From: Balanoglossus misakiensis
Taxonomy: Eukaryota; Animalia; Hemichordata
DNA length: 64,000 nucleotides
Assembly: GCA_040954595.2 (NCBI GenBank)
Contig: CM082587.2
Location: 2,447,000 to 2,510,999 of the forward strand
Direction of reading: 5' to 3'
Shown: positions 35,883-50,700 of the stretch, piece after piece
Layout of the letters: each line of letters starts with the position of its first letter
Numbering within the stretch: the first letter of the stretch is position 1
Notes under the pieces: generated by a model
What the model was told of the DNA's origin: nothing
Seen by the model: only the letters and a program-made list of their open reading frames with translations
The model's database searches: none
Translations under genes and position numbers: made by a program

Positions 35883-38800
35883 CTTCCTGTTATGTAGGAA
35901 AAATTAAGTTTCATGTCAACGAACAATGTGCGCCCATGGAGAATAAAGCTCTGCATGGTTCGACGGATCCGTTTTGAAAGCGAAAAATTGTGTAAAATTG
36001 ACGGCGATTGGATGCTGACTTGAGGTCGGTCACCGTCTGTTAAACACAGTGGAATAGATGTCTGTGTTCGTACGTCGCCTATTCGAGTCGGAGATTTGTT
36101 TGTTTGGTTCGAGTGTTCCCTGCAATCAACTCAGGTCCCGAAGCACCCGTCCGCAGAGGTCAATTATCGGCTCCATAAACCTCGCGTGACAAGACTACAA
36201 ATAGTTTTTTAAAGAAAACGTGCCGCTGGGTGATATTTTTCAGCTGTTTAGAAACAAATTAAGATAGTTCCGGTGCATGGTTACCCACAAGAACCCTCCG
36301 ACAACGGTTGTTAAGACTGTAAATTGTCCTTTATAGTTTACATCACCCAGACAAGAGCATGCTTCTGCCCGAATTTTGAGTAATACCGATTACACAACTT
36401 CACAATTCCAGTCACATTTCATAAGCATGTCCAGCTGTTCTCAGTTTTATTACACTTTTGCAAAAAACTGCCGAGGCCACACTAGCCACAGATGGAAATC
36501 GGTTGTAAAGCACACGTTTTCCATGTTTAGTTTTCGTTCACACAATTTTTATGTATGCGTTGGATCGTGACAAGGCCAAACAGCCGGCGCGCTAAGGTCA
36601 AACTGAAGAAGAGATGTATGATAAATCTACCGATTGAATCGTTACTTTTTTACAATTGTGTGGAGGGACTGTGATTGGTGTGGTCTGTCCGTCCGTCTGT
36701 CTGTCCGTTCAAGAGAGTCTCTCTCTGTGCTATATGTTTCAAATGGAGTCCGCAAGGCTTCCATTAACCTTCTGTTGTACTCTTTTCATTTTGTAAACGA
36801 AGGCGTACCGGAGACCTCAAAGGCGAGTCACGTGACAGGCAGGCCACGGCTTGCTTCGTTCCTCATCGTGATAAACGCCATTTTGATAACCCCCTTTTCT
36901 AGAGAGTAAATTATTTATCGTTAGCGTTCGCGCATCGCTGAATCGCTATTCAATTACAGTGATCACTGGCTGTTAACATTGGCCTTGCAGATTGAATCGA
37001 ATGGCGCTATTTGAAGACTCAACTGAAGCCAATTAGCGACTTGGGATTAGATGTAATTCACCTTATTCCCTGTTGATATTGAGCTTTGATCGCCGCTGAA
37101 TATACTCAATCAGGCGTAACATGAACAACGCGAAAGCGAACTCCGCGAACCAGTCAACGCCAATCATGTTTTTATTCACCGAGGCTGTGAATCATTCATT
37201 GAGTAAATTTGATATCTGCGTTTCGAAAATTATACAAATTCGAGAAGTCTTTAACATCCTTGACCCGTCAAAGCAACATGTGGCATATTTATTTAGATAT
37301 GGAATAATTTATATCGCGGTATTACAAGTTCATGTCAGTGAGTGATCATGATGTATGCGTACAAACATGATTGATAAATTCTGTCAGTATAAGCCCTACA
37401 TGGCAAATGTACACAATTTAATTCATATCAGGATGGTGATCGACTCTCTTCCGTCCCCGCGAACAACTGCGTTTATGTTCATATTCCAGATTTGCATCTC
37501 GTAATAATGAACTGCATCAGAAAGTTGCCCAACTCAACAAACAGTATACGTAATCAGTCCGTCATTGACGTGTATAAAAAGTAGGTCGTCCACGACAGTT
37601 GTACTATTTCATGACAAGTTGCAGTCGGCCGGGGAGTTCATCATTGATAGCGCCCGGTGTGTGTTGGTAATCACAACACAGAAGTCGTCGTAATTTGCAG
37701 CATGACAATCACCCGATGGAGTTAATTGAGTTATATCTTCCAAGCTGATGGGCTAACCGATAGGAGATGTCAACGGCACGGTGTGCATAGCGAATCAAGG
37801 CAGAGACTCACAGTTCCATGACCGAGTGGCGTAGCAGCGGTGTAGTCAAGGACAGCCCCGGGAGAGATTTCTGATCAATGTTGTCGCGGCGTTAAGAAAA
37901 TCAGTAGTTGTAGAGTCGTCACTCGAGTAAATTCACGGCTCTGTAACCCTGACTTCACGCAGTCGCCCGGGGCCGCGGATCATTTAATCACGCTCATGAT
38001 AAACGAAATTTCTTCGTTAGAGCGAATTTCAAAACAAGGATACTTCGGGAGGATTACCTGATGTCGAAACTACCTCTCAGAAAATTTCACGACAACACAC
38101 TGTGTTTCCTATATCCACCCACGTCACATTGCGCATAATACTTGTTTGCAATTTAAGTTACGATGTCCTCCCTATTTCAAGTCGGTACATAAATTTGAAC
38201 ATCTCTACCGGTTACAATTTCACCGTAATCGCTGTCTCCGATAAATCGGCGCCAAGTTGTCTCGTTTTAACCCGATGTCACTCCTACCTTTACTCGCTAA
38301 AACGTGATATCCTAGAACTGTTTTGACTTCAGTTGTAGACATTCCGGCCCTGCCTACGCAGTCTATAAACCCGAATATAATTATCTTTACTTAAACTGCG
38401 CTAAATATCAAACAATCATGCATGGGAGATGGTTTAATTGACGGAGCTTCTCAATAAATGCCCGTGTTCCGGACGACTATACACGTAATGTCAGGGCGAG
38501 CAAACGAACCATTCACGACGACCCGAGGGCAAGATATTGTCTATCATCCGACCCAAATACTGACAGACTGTAAAGACTCAAAATGCCTTGGAGTCGCGTG
38601 ATTCATGATTTTATCAATGTTTCAAGTTATCTCATTTCAAAAAAGGGTAATTAGGCTTCTGTTTGTTTTCTTCCACGGTTCCGCATATTGATCTATATCC
38701 GAGTCAGTAGCCAGCTTCCGGTAGCCCAGGGGAAAATTTGAATGTTTGCAGTCGATTGACAACCGAAGAATCGGAACAATCTCTATATATTTTCTATTCC

Positions 38801-38899
38801 AGCCAATTGCAAGTCATTTCGACATTTGGTTACACACGCTTTTTGTTCGTTATTTTGAGGAGAGAACAAGAGAGTATTTAATTATGAATCTATGAACAT

Positions 38900-39218
38900 C
38901 CACTTGATTACTCGTGAAAACGGAAGCGGAAATTCCACCCGGAAGCAGAAATTCAACCCGGAAGTGAATTCGGCCATATTTCTTACCGAAAAGTCGTGGT
39001 TCTTACGTTATACAGCCTACAAAGTCAAACTGTTTCAAGGTTCTAGCTAATAGCTGTACTGAGAACGTCTTGATTATTTGGAATCGAGTGGGATGACTGT
39101 CATAACCGTATAGGCAGATTTTCAGATTAGACGGGTAAGTTTTAACATGCTGTACTATAGGGATGAGAACAAACTGTACCTAAGAATACTGAATTAAGGA
39201 TAGTCAGTGGTCCTTTAA
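38900..39218. mobile_element. Truncated TTAA-ended transposon-like fragment carrying three ETS motifs
   Basis: Ends cagtggtcctTTAA (Kolobok-like terminus); no matching left end was found. CGGAAG recurs with a 19-bp period at 38921, 38940 and 38959. Confidence 0.35.
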
Positions 39219-42200
39219 TTTATTTCACAATAACATCTTTCATATCGATACCTGTATGTCGTTCGTAAACACCACACGCGGTCGACCGGCGATGCTTTCA
39301 AGCTTTCAGATCAAGAATCAATAATTGTTCTGACAATATGCGTTCCTGTTTACTTCCACATCCGGAAATCGACTGATTCTGACTTAAAATAAATTCAGAT
39401 AATGCGGATTTTTCCTCTCTTAATATTTTTGATGCCCTGGGGTTCAATGCACTTCAGAGAATCCCGCTGAGGAATATTAGCTACGCCGACAACATTTACA
39501 GGCACTTGAAGCAAATGTTGTTTTTTTCTCTCGGCGGCGCCTCTGTAACCAGATAAAGGTAGCTTTCGACATTGACGGTGCGGAATTAACCCAGTTGTTG
39601 ATAAAGACTTCAATTTATTTTTTTCTACATGAGAGAACATCAGTCGATAACATTAATAAGCCTTAATCCTTATTTCTGTCATGGCCTTGATGAAAATAGT
39701 CTTGTTATCGCTAGGAAATGCGCAGCTACGCGGTGATGTGACCTACTGCAAAACAATCGCAAGACACGATTCGCCCAGAGGGTTATTTTCCCTCCATGTT
39801 CCTATGTGATGAACGGCGTTATTTTCTTCCAGATGTAAAGACCCTATTACAGGTGCCCTTGGCCCCTGTCGTCGGCGCCATCGAAAAACCCCGCCCCTAT
39901 CGACGTCTTTTCACGATTCACGAAGCGAATGCACGCGTTCCCGTTTCCGACGCCGCGCTGGATAATTCGTCGCGTACACATACCGAGGTATCGGCGAATG
40001 ATCTGTTGAGGTACGGCGCTTATCTGCTTAGTGACTTGCCGGGATAATGGGTAGAAGTCGGGATTATCTGCACAGAGTGTAATACCCGTAGCGATAATTC
40101 ATCTGACACCACCATCCAATATTGATCGCTAAAATAACCGCGCAAAAACGTAATTCCAAGAATGAAAAGTTCACTAAATCACGAGATCAAACTAGATCCG
40201 TCATTCTTGTGCGACGCTAACAAATGCCATTGACTAAAAACGCATGCGCACCATTTTTCAGTAAGTTGAGAAAGTCCTCAGTTCTGAAATGCGGTTCTCA
40301 AGCAATCTTTAGGATTCTAATGGATCGGGTCCTTGGTCAGAATGCTTCTCTTGTATGGTAGTGTTTTCATTCATTTCATTATATCGAATATTGCGTTTGC
40401 CTATTAAAGAGGAAAACAAAGACGTTTTCACCATCACACCCCGCGGAAAAATCGAAACCAGCAGTCGCTTTCTGTGTACAGGTACAACGTCAACTGAGAA
40501 GATCACTTAGTATTTATCACGACCGTGACCTTTGCAACAACTGACGCAGAATGGAAAATCGAATAAACCGCGCGGAGATTTTCCTCCTGGTTAGATCCAT
40601 CGGCACCATAATGTTCAATCACAAGCGTTTCCATTACTGTAAATGTTTCTGCTACACCGTGGTTTGCCTCAGGCTCCTCGGCGAAATGTAAAAGCCCCGG
40701 GGAATATAGTAGAAAGTATGCCCTGTATAACAGCATGCATGAACTGCGCGTCTCGACAGGGGGCTCTTTCATATTTTAGACATTTTACTCGAGTAACTCA
40801 GTACGTCAATAAAAAGATAGGCTATTTTAATCTCGAAAACGTTTTGTCAGATTTGGCAATATTTAATAAATAATTACGTGCAAAAACATGTTATATGTCG
40901 TCATAGGAACTCCACGATAGCTTCAATTATGGCAGCGATCATAATCTAATTAGTTCGACAGAACTTAATTCTAAGGATACTGTTTACGTTGGGACTACAG
41001 CGTTATTCAACTAAATAGCCAATTGTAAAAATACTTGTTTAAAATGCCATCCTTTCGGAGAATTTGCATGGCGTCTCCATAAACGCTAAGTGGCGCTTTT
41101 TAAGGACTAGAGTTTACAAAACAATGATATAAACTCTTATATTGCCAGAGAAGGGAGACATCTTTCCCATGTGTTGAAATAGCATCAGGTATTAGGGGTG
41201 AAATTTTCCAGCAGGTATATGCGCTCTGAAATATGCCAAGTGTTGGTCGTTTCATTGACATAAACGTATCGTAAATACACAGCTGGTACTCTAATCGTTG
41301 ATTTATCAACATGTCTCTTGGACTGTGTGAATTCTCTGGAACTATTAAAATAGATACAGCTTTAAAACCGGACGTTGGTTGCTCCCGTCCAATGTAGCTC
41401 ATCTATCACATCTAGTTTGTAAACGCGCCATGTTTGTTTCACGGCAGATTTGTCCACAGTGTGTACATGCATATATTTGCACAGAGATATGATCGGCCCT
41501 TGACCTATACTTCGCCGTCAGATGTCGCTTGAACAGTCTCTTGTCGTTGTTCCGATTCTTCAACCACGAAAAATCGCAAGTCATCAGAACAACCCGCCAT
41601 CTTTGTTTAAAACATCAAATGACATAATTCGATAAAGTTGTTTATGTGCGTCACCGTGACACGTGATCGCAATTTAATTAGTCACATCATTGAAGCCTTT
41701 TCACACCTTCAAGTACAGACAAACGTACTTCCCTTCGTTTGACAGACTGTTTGATTTTCCCCCGGTATACACAGTGATTTCCAAGATTTCCACAGACTCA
41801 TTTAGTGCTGTTTGTTATCTGAAGAATGGGGCGATCCAAGACCCGCGTAATTGAGATATCGATGTTCTTTAATGACATAGCAATCATTGGAAAGGTTAAT
41901 GGACTTGAGATCTGCACACGTCTGCAGTCATTTCCTCTCTCAATGCTTGAGTCCCAGAAACGGGGCGTATCTTCTTTTTCTAACCAAGGTGACCGTGAGA
42001 TTTTTTTTATCAAGACACACCATGCACCGTTGCATGAAGCGTCGTTTCTTGACATTCATTTATACCAACATGGAAGGAACGGCCGCCTTTTTGCCACAAC
42101 CATAACCACCAAGCGCAACAGCTTCCAATGTTTTGGCCAATGGAGCAAACCCATAGTTCACTCACTATATTCAATCCATTCGAACAATAAATCACACTTT

Positions 42201-44723
42201 TCAAGGCATAACGAGTTACATTGTTTTGATTAACGCGATTTTACTGGGTCTAATTCAGACGTGCTTGAGTATACGTGTACAACATAAACCGGAGCAGAAT
42301 AAATATCAGATGCAGATTGAAAGTGATCGCTGGCAATGTGTTTTAATATCGCCGATATTGCTGCCCATTGAGCTTCAATTAAAGTAGTTAGATCAGATTG
42401 CATTTCAGAAAAGTCCACCCAGGTAATCTCATGCACACCATCACCGAATATTAGTTTTTGTATCTGCATACACATGACTCCTTAACTTATCGCTATGCGG
42501 CTCAGCCCCTGGTCATTAGTCTCGTTTTTCAATCATTCAATTTTCCAATCACCATATGGTCCTCATGTTTGCGTGGAATAACGGTATCATCGCGGTCTCA
42601 TTCTTCTCTCTGTCTCTCTTTCTCTCATTGTACCCGACGGATATTCAATCTGAAAGAAAAATATGAAGGAACTTGCGGATCCGTTTTCACTTGCTAGCAC
42701 AAAGGCATCTATGATACGTGTGATGCCAGTGTTTGTATAATGCAAAATGAAAGGGATGGACCAAATTGTTTTCATGGGAGGGGGGGGTGAACATGAAGTT
42801 GGCATGGATTGCACTTAAGAGCAGATTTTTAAAATATAAAGAAGGTGATATCCGTTCTTTACATATTGTCTGCGCGTGAGTCCGGTCGCTTTCCTCGGTT
42901 TAGCGGAGTGATCGTGCTGACAGTAGTGCCCTTTCCAAGTCTAAGAGCGGAGTCCAATGCAGGACAATGTACTAGTATTCCACCAGACACATTACGTCAA
43001 TTGGACCGACCACCCCCGCACACTTTTAAGACAACCATTTCATTTCCCACACGAAGATAACCCCAGGAAGATTTCTCAATTACTGTAATTGGAACATCTA
43101 AGCGAAGATTCAGATAAAACGTTTGAAATTATAAATTTAAGATTTTCGGCTTTTATCGTCTGTTACATTTTCCATTCTTTATCTCTACTGATTATGATTT
43201 TAAGGTCCGTTAGCTGTAATTAATTTATCTCCTAATGCAGTTTGATCGCAGTTTAGTTGGACTCACTCACTCACTTTATGAAAAGCTTATCAGCACAGTG
43301 TACGCTCACTCTTTTCGAAACATCTGACACCACTTCTTGATTTCACACAAAGAAGTGACTCCATCAAAGAAATCACTTAATCTTTTCTTCATCGATCTAT
43401 ATGTCTTTTCTGGCGTGATTTTCCTTGTTTTGCTTTTAATTTTCCGGTGTGCGCGTTGCTTGATCTAACTTGTAAACATTCAATCACGACGACGAATTTT
43501 CAGATCACGGTTGAAGAGCATCAAAACAGTTGGTTTCATCACGGCAACCACGAGAGAGAGAAAAACCGACTACAGTGCATTGATGTGAAACTTGTGTACC
43601 AAATGCCGCAGCAATACCGATGACAAAACATCAGAATATCAAAGTACACCACAAATGTTTTTTTGACTTTAAGCCGCGTCAATTCCTTCCCTTTATGGCT
43701 GTCCGCTTTCCGGTAGCACCGAATCTCTTCTGTGTGAATTGCGTGTAATTGAAATGGACACTGCTTGCTACATATTTGTTTGTGCTGGTGAAATTTACAT
43801 CGCCATCATGTGATGTTCTCATCACTTCAAACTCATTGAGCGGCAAACGTATCACGTCGTCGCCATGACGACCACATTTACTCGCGCGCTCATCGCTCCG
43901 AGTCAGGTGCCAAGGCAAACATGTCCATGATTTTTTTTTTGTTCGCGGCATCGCTTACTGCATGGATGCGCTCGCTCGCTAACCATCGGTATCGAAAATT
44001 AATTTTCGGATCGCAACAAAAACGAGAGAATAGGTGATCAATTTCAAAAGTGAATATTTAAGTCCGTCTCGCTGGACAGTCAAATTAATATTGTAAACAG
44101 CGAGAGAGAAAAAACTTAGTTATTTAGAAGTCGACTTGCTTTTAAATGATTTCCGTAAAAAGTTGTATTTCAGTCACTGGTTATATTGAAAAAAATAACC
44201 GAATTGTGCGCGCCTGAGATTTTCTGGTCCTTGAAACATGGACATTTTGATAGGGTGACAGATATTTCTGTTTGTACGCATGACCACTATGTTACAAGGT
44301 AAGACCCCCTAGGAAGCCAAAAAATACGACTCGAAATTGTGGGAGACTTTTCTACATTTATCGCAGCGACGGGTACCTGAAATGAGCGTGCTTGAGTAGC
44401 GGGGTTGGCGTGTGTCGGTGTTCTCAGGCATTCCATTGCGTCATGTGGACACTGAAATGACAAGTATCTGCGAGCATACATACTTGTTATCACATCGTAT
44501 CTTTTTTACTGGGAGCACAGTTGACTTAAAGGGTTGAGTGTCCGCGTTAGTGCTGCGTTCCTTGTGAACATTTTAACGACACGCGATAAACTGTGTACAC
44601 GTTTGCATCTGTTACTTCGCGTTGATGTCTGAAGTGTGTATCTCCTGTTCATATCTCTCTGGCGCAGATAAAACCGAAAAGTGTTCCGAGAACATTCCCA
44701 CAGATTTCACCTGAAGATCAGCC

Positions 44724-47700
44724 ATGGAATACGATAACTTTCTCTTGCTTGGAATTATCTCAGTCCTGTGGTCTCTCGTGTCGGGTGAGTACAAATTTAT
44801 GCTTTTGTGTGTGTGTGGATCTGGCTGTTGCGCACGCCTGCCGCTGTGTCTATCGGGCGTACGTCTCATGGCACAAGCTGCCGCCGCGCTAAGCCTGGAC
44901 CCCCCCCCCCCCCTCCTCATCAGGCGTACAATCTCAAAATGCGCGAAAACCACCTCCCCGTTATTATGAACACAATTGCCAGTATTTAAAATTAATCTGG
45001 TTTGCGGGGCGCACCTTATCAACGGTCGCATTTTCTACGCCAGGCACGTTTTAATAATTGGAGACACTCGCTTTAATAGTCGACGTGGAGTGTGTAACCC
45101 CAGCCCTATTTCACTTCTCTGTGTTTCTGCGCGTCGTGTTAATAAACACCGATAAATCACACACTCGACATTCTGTAACTACACGTCCGCAGTATAGGCT
45201 CATCTCGTGACGGATTTACATCTTCAGATACACGATAATTTACTTCAGAAATACAAGAAATGCGTCATCTTCGAACGATTTATTGAGCCCGGCTGTACCT
45301 GGCTGATGTAAAATCCCCGCCACATATCTTCGCCCATCTGTGAAACGTTGATGTGTTCGATAAAGATTCTGTAAGCGGCGCTTTTGGTCAATTACCGAAC
45401 GTGGACGTAAATATTTCGTAACGTGGAAGTCATTATGAGGGAGATTTATCGACATGGAAAATAACACTCTGGAGGAGCTTTTGTAAATTCAAAGGGAGTC
45501 TGAGAAATCGTGACACGATGATTACGGCCCACGTAAGGTAGTACCTGGAGGAGAACGTCACCATTTCCCGCGGATTGCATCCCCTTCTCTACAAAGCTAG
45601 CATCACCACTAGGGTTAGAACTTGTCCTGTAGAGCCTGCTCTAGGCTACCTGGTGGCATTTTCCGGAGTCAGGCACTAGTGAACGACTCGGCGACTCGAC
45701 TGCTCAGAAGCAATTCGATGTTGTCCCCGTTATGGAAATACACGAACATTTCAAACATAATCCAGGGTGTGACGAAATTAATGGCTTCAAAAACCCCAGA
45801 GCAGCGACCCCCCGGAATACGCTGGCGACACATATCCTCAACTGCCGAGGGCTGCGCAGATAGTTGCAAAATGTATGGGGTTTTTTCCATAATGACTGAT
45901 GGAAACGCGCCGCCCCTTGAAGTGCTTTTAGGAAACTGATATTTGGAAATTGGTTATCGCGCAGGTATTGTCCTCGCCCACGTAGTCACTTTTATTGGGC
46001 GACACAGTTTCATTTCTTCCAGGCTCTGCATTATCATGACATGCCACGACTAAGTTAAACGCTGTTCTTTTGAAATTATCAGTAGAAAGACCCGCAACCA
46101 AGACATGTGCTGCCCAACATACACAGCATCCCTGTATCAGTATATTAAAAACAACTCAACAGTACACTTTTTTTTCAAAAGGCGAGCAAGGCTGGGAAAA
46201 ATACTTTTCAAAGACAATTTCTGAAATGCGCTAGTGGGCTACGCCGCGACGACCTATATTACGAGGTGACTACAATCATCGCAGTATAGCGTCTTAGGAT
46301 ACTTTATGTATATTACTTATCTATGCAAACATTTCCATACCTCTCACGGCACGTTTTTGTAAACGGCGATCTTAACAACTTCTCCTTCTGAAAGTAGTAA
46401 TGTTACACTTCAGATTTGTCTGCCGACATTCGAGCGGCAGTGTGCTTGTGCATTTTTTGCGGAGACTTCTTGCTAAATGCCGATATGAGCTGTATCACAT
46501 ACAGGGGCATCTAGTGTTAGACATCGTTTTGTAGGTCTCGTGTAAACCGTGTTAGTGAAATAAATTCGTTTACCCATCTGGCCTAGTTGCAGGACGAACC
46601 CTACAGTTTAATCAACATTAAACAGGTGATACGAGCTACAAATGAAATCGCTTAATATCGATAAAAATTGGTTTCAATCTCCGAAGTTTGATTAAAAACT
46701 CGCCATTTGCTTCACCCATCACCCGCGGAACGGTTAATACAACGACCGGTACAAGGACGGCGTGATCTTTGCGTTTGTGAAACCGTTTTATTAAACGACA
46801 CCAGACACCCGGCAATTTTCAACGATTCAAACTGCTCATCGTAACTGCATTTATCGCTTTAGAACTCCAAATGTCAGGGTAGTTCGACTGAAAGCGCGGT
46901 ATAGCAACAACAGACTTTGCTGCAGAATTTTGATTGCGGCTGATATTGGAATGAAGCTGGTTTCGAAATATCTGTGAAGCCATGGTAATGTGTCAGTGGA
47001 ATGCCATTATGAGGTTGAGTGGCTGGATGCGAGGACAGAATTGAGCTCGTTGCGAGCGTTTTACGTCATTTTATGATACCCCCAACTTATGCTGATTAAG
47101 CTGTACGTCACTCGTTGAAATTGCGATGATTCAAAAGCATAAATCAGCGTGCATACAGAAGATGCCGTCGCCAAAATACTCGCACATCACTTCAACCGCA
47201 ATACGCAATACAATATACATGTAGTGTTATTTTGCAACAGAGAACTCGTTTGATTAAAGAAAGGTCGCTTGGTAGAGACCAAGCGATGAAAAATAGCCTT
47301 CTCTGACAGTTTCCTGATCCACTCTCGTATCGTTGGCGAAATATTAATAGGAAGTACCTCATAAGAGAGAGAGACATGCCAAGAAGGAGTTCATGATTTA
47401 TTTCTGACGACAAAGTTCACCAAAATACAATTACTGTGTCTCCGTGCATTGAAATCAAGACGAAGTCACCTGCAGATTCAAGAATAGTCACGTGTCTCGT
47501 ATAAATTGGTTCGTCTTTCGTTTGATGCAACAAGACAGTATCAGACAACTTCACGTGCGTATGTAATGATGGGAGAGACTTCGGCTAGCTGTGAGAGTCT
47601 AGGCCCGGAAGAATTGGTTTTTGAAACTTATACTTCTGGTTGTGCCATATTTGGAATTTGCTATCTACTAATAAGGTAGAACTACAATTCGCCTGTGCAT

Positions 47701-50700
47701 TAGTATCAATAATTGCAACTTTCTCCAAGTGACAAGTCGAATTGATCGTACAGACTATCGCGTGAAAACACTAATCCGATTATTCTCATCCCACAAGGGT
47801 TATTACGATCAATTGACTTGGTCCATCTCACGTTTACAACCAAATCTCGCGCATTTCCTGAAAAGTGCAAGCTTTGCTGTTTTTGAAATGAGACTTCGCT
47901 TTATGATAACCCCGGTTTCACGTCCCTTTTAGCTTTCACGTCCCTTTTAGCTTCGCCTACTTCTTAGGGAGCCTGTTGAGGTATTATTCTATGATGCATT
48001 TCGTGTGAATTATGTGCGGTATTTGATGTTTGGTGTCTGGGATCAGCGAGAAATCCGCTGCCGCGGTTATTTCGATTGTCTTCTGACCCCAGCGATGACC
48101 TCGGCGATGCAACACTAAGTAAATCAGGGCTACAATAAGTGTTAGCAGGCCTCGCCTGTGTCTGTTATTCCTATCAGGTAAATTGGTACCCATGGCCCTA
48201 GATACATGTACTTTGATTTACTAGTATTCAAATGTTTACATGTGTGCCTCTTACACTTTGTATTTGTCGTCATCACAACATTGAAGGTACGCGTCCATTT
48301 TTATCATGTTTCTCTTAGCCAAAGCTGACGACAAAATGTTGCCTGTCGCGAACCGTGTTCCAGTGCATCGTCCAATGAGATGATGAGTAACTACATGTAC
48401 ATATGCAAATTTCTCCGCAACAACTTATAGACTAATTTAAATATATTGTATTTTATCAAATGCCATTTGGAGTCAAGAAGACGCCTTCCCATGCAAAATC
48501 ACGTGAAATAGGCTGGAACTGTAAACACGAAAACTAATTTATCACAGCCAATTATTTTAATTTACGAAAATCATGATATATGCTATACGATGTCATTAAT
48601 CATCAACCAAGGCAGCGATATAATTAAAATGTTCCGACATATTGCACCGTCTTGCATACGTCACACAGCATAAATTTACCATTTTTTCATTATTGTATGA
48701 TGGTTCAAAATGTACATGTCATTGATGATTAGAAATTCCAGTCTGCGTTTGCAATTTGTGAACACAGTAAATCCGTTATAAATCAAGTGCCCGTATGTCT
48801 GTTTCGCATTGTTGTGAGAAAATGAAACTGTCTTTTTACTGTTTGATTATCAGATTTGATATAACTCCGCGCTAGCAGAGCGTTCATTGAGATCGGATTG
48901 TTCGGTGCAGCTGCCCTATTTGTGTGACTATGCATGGTATTATGTGCCACAAGTACTGCACGTCGCGGTGTTTGCCTTCGACTTGACAGAAGTAATGACA
49001 CACGCCGCGTGTGGATTGGTGCAGCATCCGCACCAATTAGCGTCAATGTCAGCTGCACTCCGGTGGAATTGAGAGAGAAAAAAGGCCACACTCACACACA
49101 AAAAAGACGACGGTATAAATTATTCAACTTAGCAGTCTCCGATAAACAGCATCTCGTGGAGGTAATAAATATTTATCAGACGGGGACGGGACACTGACGG
49201 GGCAAGAAAACGATTTGTGACAAGATAAGCGCGCCGATTTAAACTGTCTAAACGAAGTCACTAAATCACTAGAAAAATGTCAAGCACTGTCTGGGGTGCA
49301 CGTCAGAATACGACCTCTAAAATGTAGCCTTTCTTCTCTCATGAACCCATCTTCCAATGCTAGTCCAGAAGTTGTTCGATGTGAACTTTTCTCTGTTCAA
49401 AGCTAAATAGCTGTGTACATACACCGGCCAATTTGAGTGAAGAGTGCAGACGTATTTCCCCCCTTTCCAGCTGTATACATACGCTCGCACTTTTTAGTCT
49501 CTGACGTGCAAAGCTAATCTAGGAGCTCTGAATACTGAGAGAGCTATCTCTTAACTCGATGACACATTTATCTTCGCTAAGGCGATAAACGACCATGTCT
49601 TCTTTTTTTTTATCTTCGGGGACCTAGTTCTCTGAGGTCGCCAGGGGTGACGGGCGCTCTTGGTGACACAACACAACCTCCATCAAGAGCAAGTATGAAA
49701 CGATTCTGTCAGGTTGTCAGTGCGGGCTGACAGATTAGCCGAACGCATGTGTGATATTTTTATCCGCATACGTGGTTGCACATCCCTCAGGAATGCATTC
49801 GGTTTTTAGAAGCGGTTAGTAAAAAGCCCGCTGGCGTTTTTCATCGATACATCAACGTCATACAAGTGCTGTGCAAACGCTTCGTATCAAGGGGGTAGAA
49901 TGTTATTGAGGCTATTACTCCCGAAAACAAAGAATCTACCGGTTCTTGCCATTGAAGATCTGGTATGTCCATCTATTTGATATCTTTGCAACCACATTGT
50001 AGTCGGTGATACCGCAAGAAACATCATGTCACTTTGTAGTTGTGCTAATTAATTACTAAATATTTCGAATATTCCAAACCCGAGTGGGCAGACTATCCGG
50101 CGATGTAAAACTTGGTTTCATCAATGGCGGCACATTTCAGCCGAGCTCAGTTGTCAGGAACGTTTTGGATCATTTCTCGGCTATTTCCGTTGCCAGCAAC
50201 GATGTAATGCGCTCTTGGCCTGTGGGGTGTGCCTCGGTTCCTGTGTTTCACAAACCCCGTTCCGTTCGTCACTGCGACCTCGGTGAGCGCTTCGGTGACG
50301 CGATAGCCACATTCAATTTTAGGAACGCGAAGATGATCGACAAACAACGGCTAAAAGAAATGGGTTAAGGTAGCAAGCGCCTCGAAAATGGATAATTGTA
50401 CCAAAAAGCCAAGATAACCACTGCAGTTATACATGTTATGTTTTATCAGGGTTTATAGACACCTGTTTAGCCGAACAGAATTTCCGTAATAGAAACTCAG
50501 AGAGAGGGAGAGAGAACATAGATAATAATTACAGCTAGAAGTGTTGACATTTGAATATTTCATAACATAATACAGGAACAAAAACAGGCGTAATATAATT
50601 TTTAAATAAAAACCTCGAGCAAAACCCAAAATCATTGAGAGTGCATTTCGGACAACAATTTCATTCGACAAGAACTTTCTTGGTACGACCGGTGGCACAG

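Noticed and set aside
32646-48552. Seed-like matches to miR-92 (tattgcactt, ~32646) and miR-2 (tatcacagcca, ~48540)
   Set aside because: Only 10-11 nt match and no precursor hairpin was evident.
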